This document shows, piece after piece, positions 62,439-64,000 of a stretch of 64,000 bases of DNA. Under the pieces are notes generated by a model. It worked only from the letters and a program-made list of their open reading frames with translations. It was not told where the DNA came from and did not search any database. The stretch lies in assembly GCA_019634415.1 (NCBI GenBank), contig JAHQVJ010000214.1, positions 38-64,037 of the forward strand, given 5' to 3'. This stretch comes from Myxococcales bacterium. GTDB lineage: Bacteria > Myxococcota_A > UBA796 > GCA-2862545. The position numbers and the translations under genes are program-made. The number at the start of each line of letters is the position of its first letter. Within the stretch, counting starts at the first letter, position 1.

Positions 62439-64000
62439 GTGTGGGTTGTGTTGTTGCCGCTTCTCGGGTGCAAGCCTGACGATGCCTCCAAAGAAGAGGG
62501 CCGGGCCACGGGGATGGTGCACCGGTTGACCCCCACGCAGCTCGACTGGGCGCTGCTCGATCTCGCGCCCGGTCTGGCGGACGGAGTGGTGGAGCCCGTG
62601 CGCGAGCCGGTGCCTGCGGGATTCGTGGACGACCTGACCCGTCCTGCCACCCCGTACCTGGTGGAGGAGCTGGTGCGCTGGGTCGACGAGGCCGCCCCGG
62701 TGGTGGCCACCGCCTTTCCAGGCCAGATGTCCGCCTGCGATCCCGACGTGCCTGCGTGTGGCCGACGCATCGCCGGGTCGCTGCTCGAGCGCGCCTGGCG
62801 GCGTCCCGTGACCGAGGACGAGCGGGCCTGGATCGGGGACGTATTCGAGGCCTTCCAGGCGCAGCAGAGCTTCAGCAAGGCGCTGACCAACACGTCTGCC
62901 CTGGTGCTGTCGTCTCCCGAGTTCCTGCACCTCGTGATGGAGGGGCAGGGCACAGCACAGGGCACGCAGGTGCGGCTCGCCGATCACGCGATCGGGAACC
63001 GCCTGAGCTTCCTGTTGTGGGATGCGCCCCCCGACGAGCTGGTGCACGACGCGCTGGCGTATGGCCTTCAGCAGCCCGATCAGGTTCGGGCCTTGGCCGA
63101 GACGATGCTCGACGATCCGCGGCGCACCCAGGGGCTGGACCGCTTCTTCGTGCAGTGGCTCGACGTGGAGTGGGGGCTCAACGAGTCGGCGTGGGACCTG
63201 CCGACCTTCGGGCCTCTGCTGAACCCGTCGCTGGCCGAGGAATACGCCGAGGCCGTGGCCGAGGGGAACGACGCCGCCATCGTGGCCGACGAGGTGTCGT
63301 GGCGTGCGGAGCAGCGCGACTTCAAGGCGGATCTGCGCCAAGAGGTGGAGATGATCGTGGCGCGGCTGATGCGGGAGGGCGCTTCCCTGCGCACCCTGCT
63401 CACCACGCCGTGGGCCTATGTGGGGCCCGCCAGTCAGCACATCTACGACGTGGTGGATCCCACCACGCGACCCACGGGCCGGTGGGTGACGTTGGACGAG
63501 GAACAGTGGCCGGGGCTGCTCACTCGGGGGGCCGTGTTGGCGGCTCGGGGGCATCCCACGGAGCCCTCTCCGGTGCTGCGCGGCGCGTTCTTGGCGGAGC
63601 GGCTGATGTGTCTGCCGCCTCCGTCCCCGCCGGCGGGGATTCCGTCGCTGCAGGCGGCCACGGAAGACGAGGAGTGGACGACGAACCGAGAGCGCTACGA
63701 GGTGGCGGTGGCACCGTCGGCGTGTGCGGGTTGTCATGCCCAGTTCAACGGCTACGGCTACGCCCTGGAGAGCTTCTCCGCCATCGGGGCGCCCCGCGCG
63801 CTGATCGACGGCCAGCAGGCAGACACGAGGGCCGATCTGCCCGGGCTCGGTGTGGTCTCGGGTCCGGCGGAGATGATGGAGGCGCTGGCCTCGAGCCGCC
63901 AGGTGCACGACTGCTTCGTGTCGCAGTTCTTCCAGTTCGCCACCTACGGGTTGGCCACCACTCCGCGCGACGACGAGGTTCTCGGCGAGCTGCAGGATGC
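62439..64000 (+). CDS. DUF1592/DUF1588-family lipoprotein, 3'-truncated by window end
   Basis: This gene is not in the ORF track. My hand translation from GTG 62439 (8 nt after GGGAG) is open to nt 64000. It has VWVVLLPLLGC (lipobox), NRLSFLLWDAPPDELV, LDRFFVQWL and CAGCHAQFNGYGYALE blocks, typical of the planctomycete/myxobacterial DUF1592-1588 family. Confidence 0.6.
   Translation, partial: MWVVLLPLLGCKPDDASKEEGRATGMVHRLTPTQLDWALLDLAPGLADGVVEPVREPVPAGFVDDLTRPATPYLVEELVRWVDEAAPVVATAFPGQMSACDPDVPACGRRIAGSLLERAWRRPVTEDERAWIGDVFEAFQAQQSFSKALTNTSALVLSSPEFLHLVMEGQGTAQGTQVRLADHAIGNRLSFLLWDAPPDELVHDALAYGLQQPDQVRALAETMLDDPRRTQGLDRFFVQWLDVEWGLNESAWDLPTFGPLLNPSLAEEYAEAVAEGNDAAIVADEVSWRAEQRDFKADLRQEVEMIVARLMREGASLRTLLTTPWAYVGPASQHIYDVVDPTTRPTGRWVTLDEEQWPGLLTRGAVLAARGHPTEPSPVLRGAFLAERLMCLPPPSPPAGIPSLQAATEDEEWTTNRERYEVAVAPSACAGCHAQFNGYGYALESFSAIGAPRALIDGQQADTRADLPGLGVVSGPAEMMEALASSRQVHDCFVSQFFQFATYGLATTPRDDEVLGELQD

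Noticed and set aside
61512-63908. 798-aa minus-strand ORF, the only long ORF listed for this region
   Set aside because: It is antisense to two plus-strand genes with lipoboxes, a MYXO-CTERM tail and DUF1592-type blocks. Its own sequence is Arg/His/Gly/Pro-rich.
1-64000. rRNA, tRNA, CRISPR arrays, prophage or integrase genes
   Set aside because: Intergenic spacers are short (mostly under 130 nt). None showed cloverleaf-like, repeat-spacer or rRNA-like structure on visual inspection, and no integrase or transposase motif was seen. I could not run a formal tRNA/ncRNA scan.

Overview
This is a very GC-rich chromosomal segment (about 70% by eye, not computed). It is densely packed with about 57 protein-coding genes. 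I saw no rRNA, tRNA, CRISPR array or bounded IS element. Several markers point to a myxobacterium: a MYXO-CTERM-type sorting tail, two TIGR02996-type 'ADWL..GDPR' domains, many lipobox lipoproteins, and a PfaA/PfaD-type synthase. All family names come from motifs I recognise by eye; no database search was run. High GC produces many long antisense or off-frame shadow ORFs in the supplied track, and most long ORFs there needed rejecting or 5' trimming.

The core content is mostly ordinary:
- a translationally coupled DUF2157/DUF4401/GDYXXLXY membrane trio
- glcDEF
- a Prx6-SDR-(2Fe-2S)/molybdopterin oxidoreductase block
- a MacB/FtsX-type ABC pump with TetR and AraC regulators
- an ArsR-SRPBCC-DUF1761 operon
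- many secreted hydrolases (two SxxK serine hydrolases, a B3 metallo-beta-lactamase, an S1 protease, an M16 peptidase and an HEXXH protein)

The items most worth a second look are:
1. A PfaA-like KS-AT-ACP2-KR-DH megasynthase and a PfaD-like enoyl reductase are separated by an AmpG-type MFS and an M16 peptidase. No PfaB/PfaC-type partner is adjacent.
2. A protein fuses a TIGR02996 domain to a free-standing ribosomal L7/L12 C-terminal-like domain. Its 3' end overlaps an operon encoding a RimJ/RimL-type GNAT, a PKHD-type 2OG hydroxylase and an S1 protease.
3. A collectin-like lipoprotein carries 14 Gly-X-Y triplets plus a C-type-lectin-like domain. Three exactly 10-bp-phased direct repeats lie upstream of it.
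4. Two paralogous DUF4423-type regulators share a 15-mer in their 5' regions.
5. Several clean operator-like palindromes sit in AT-rich islands next to TetR, LysR and ArsR regulators.
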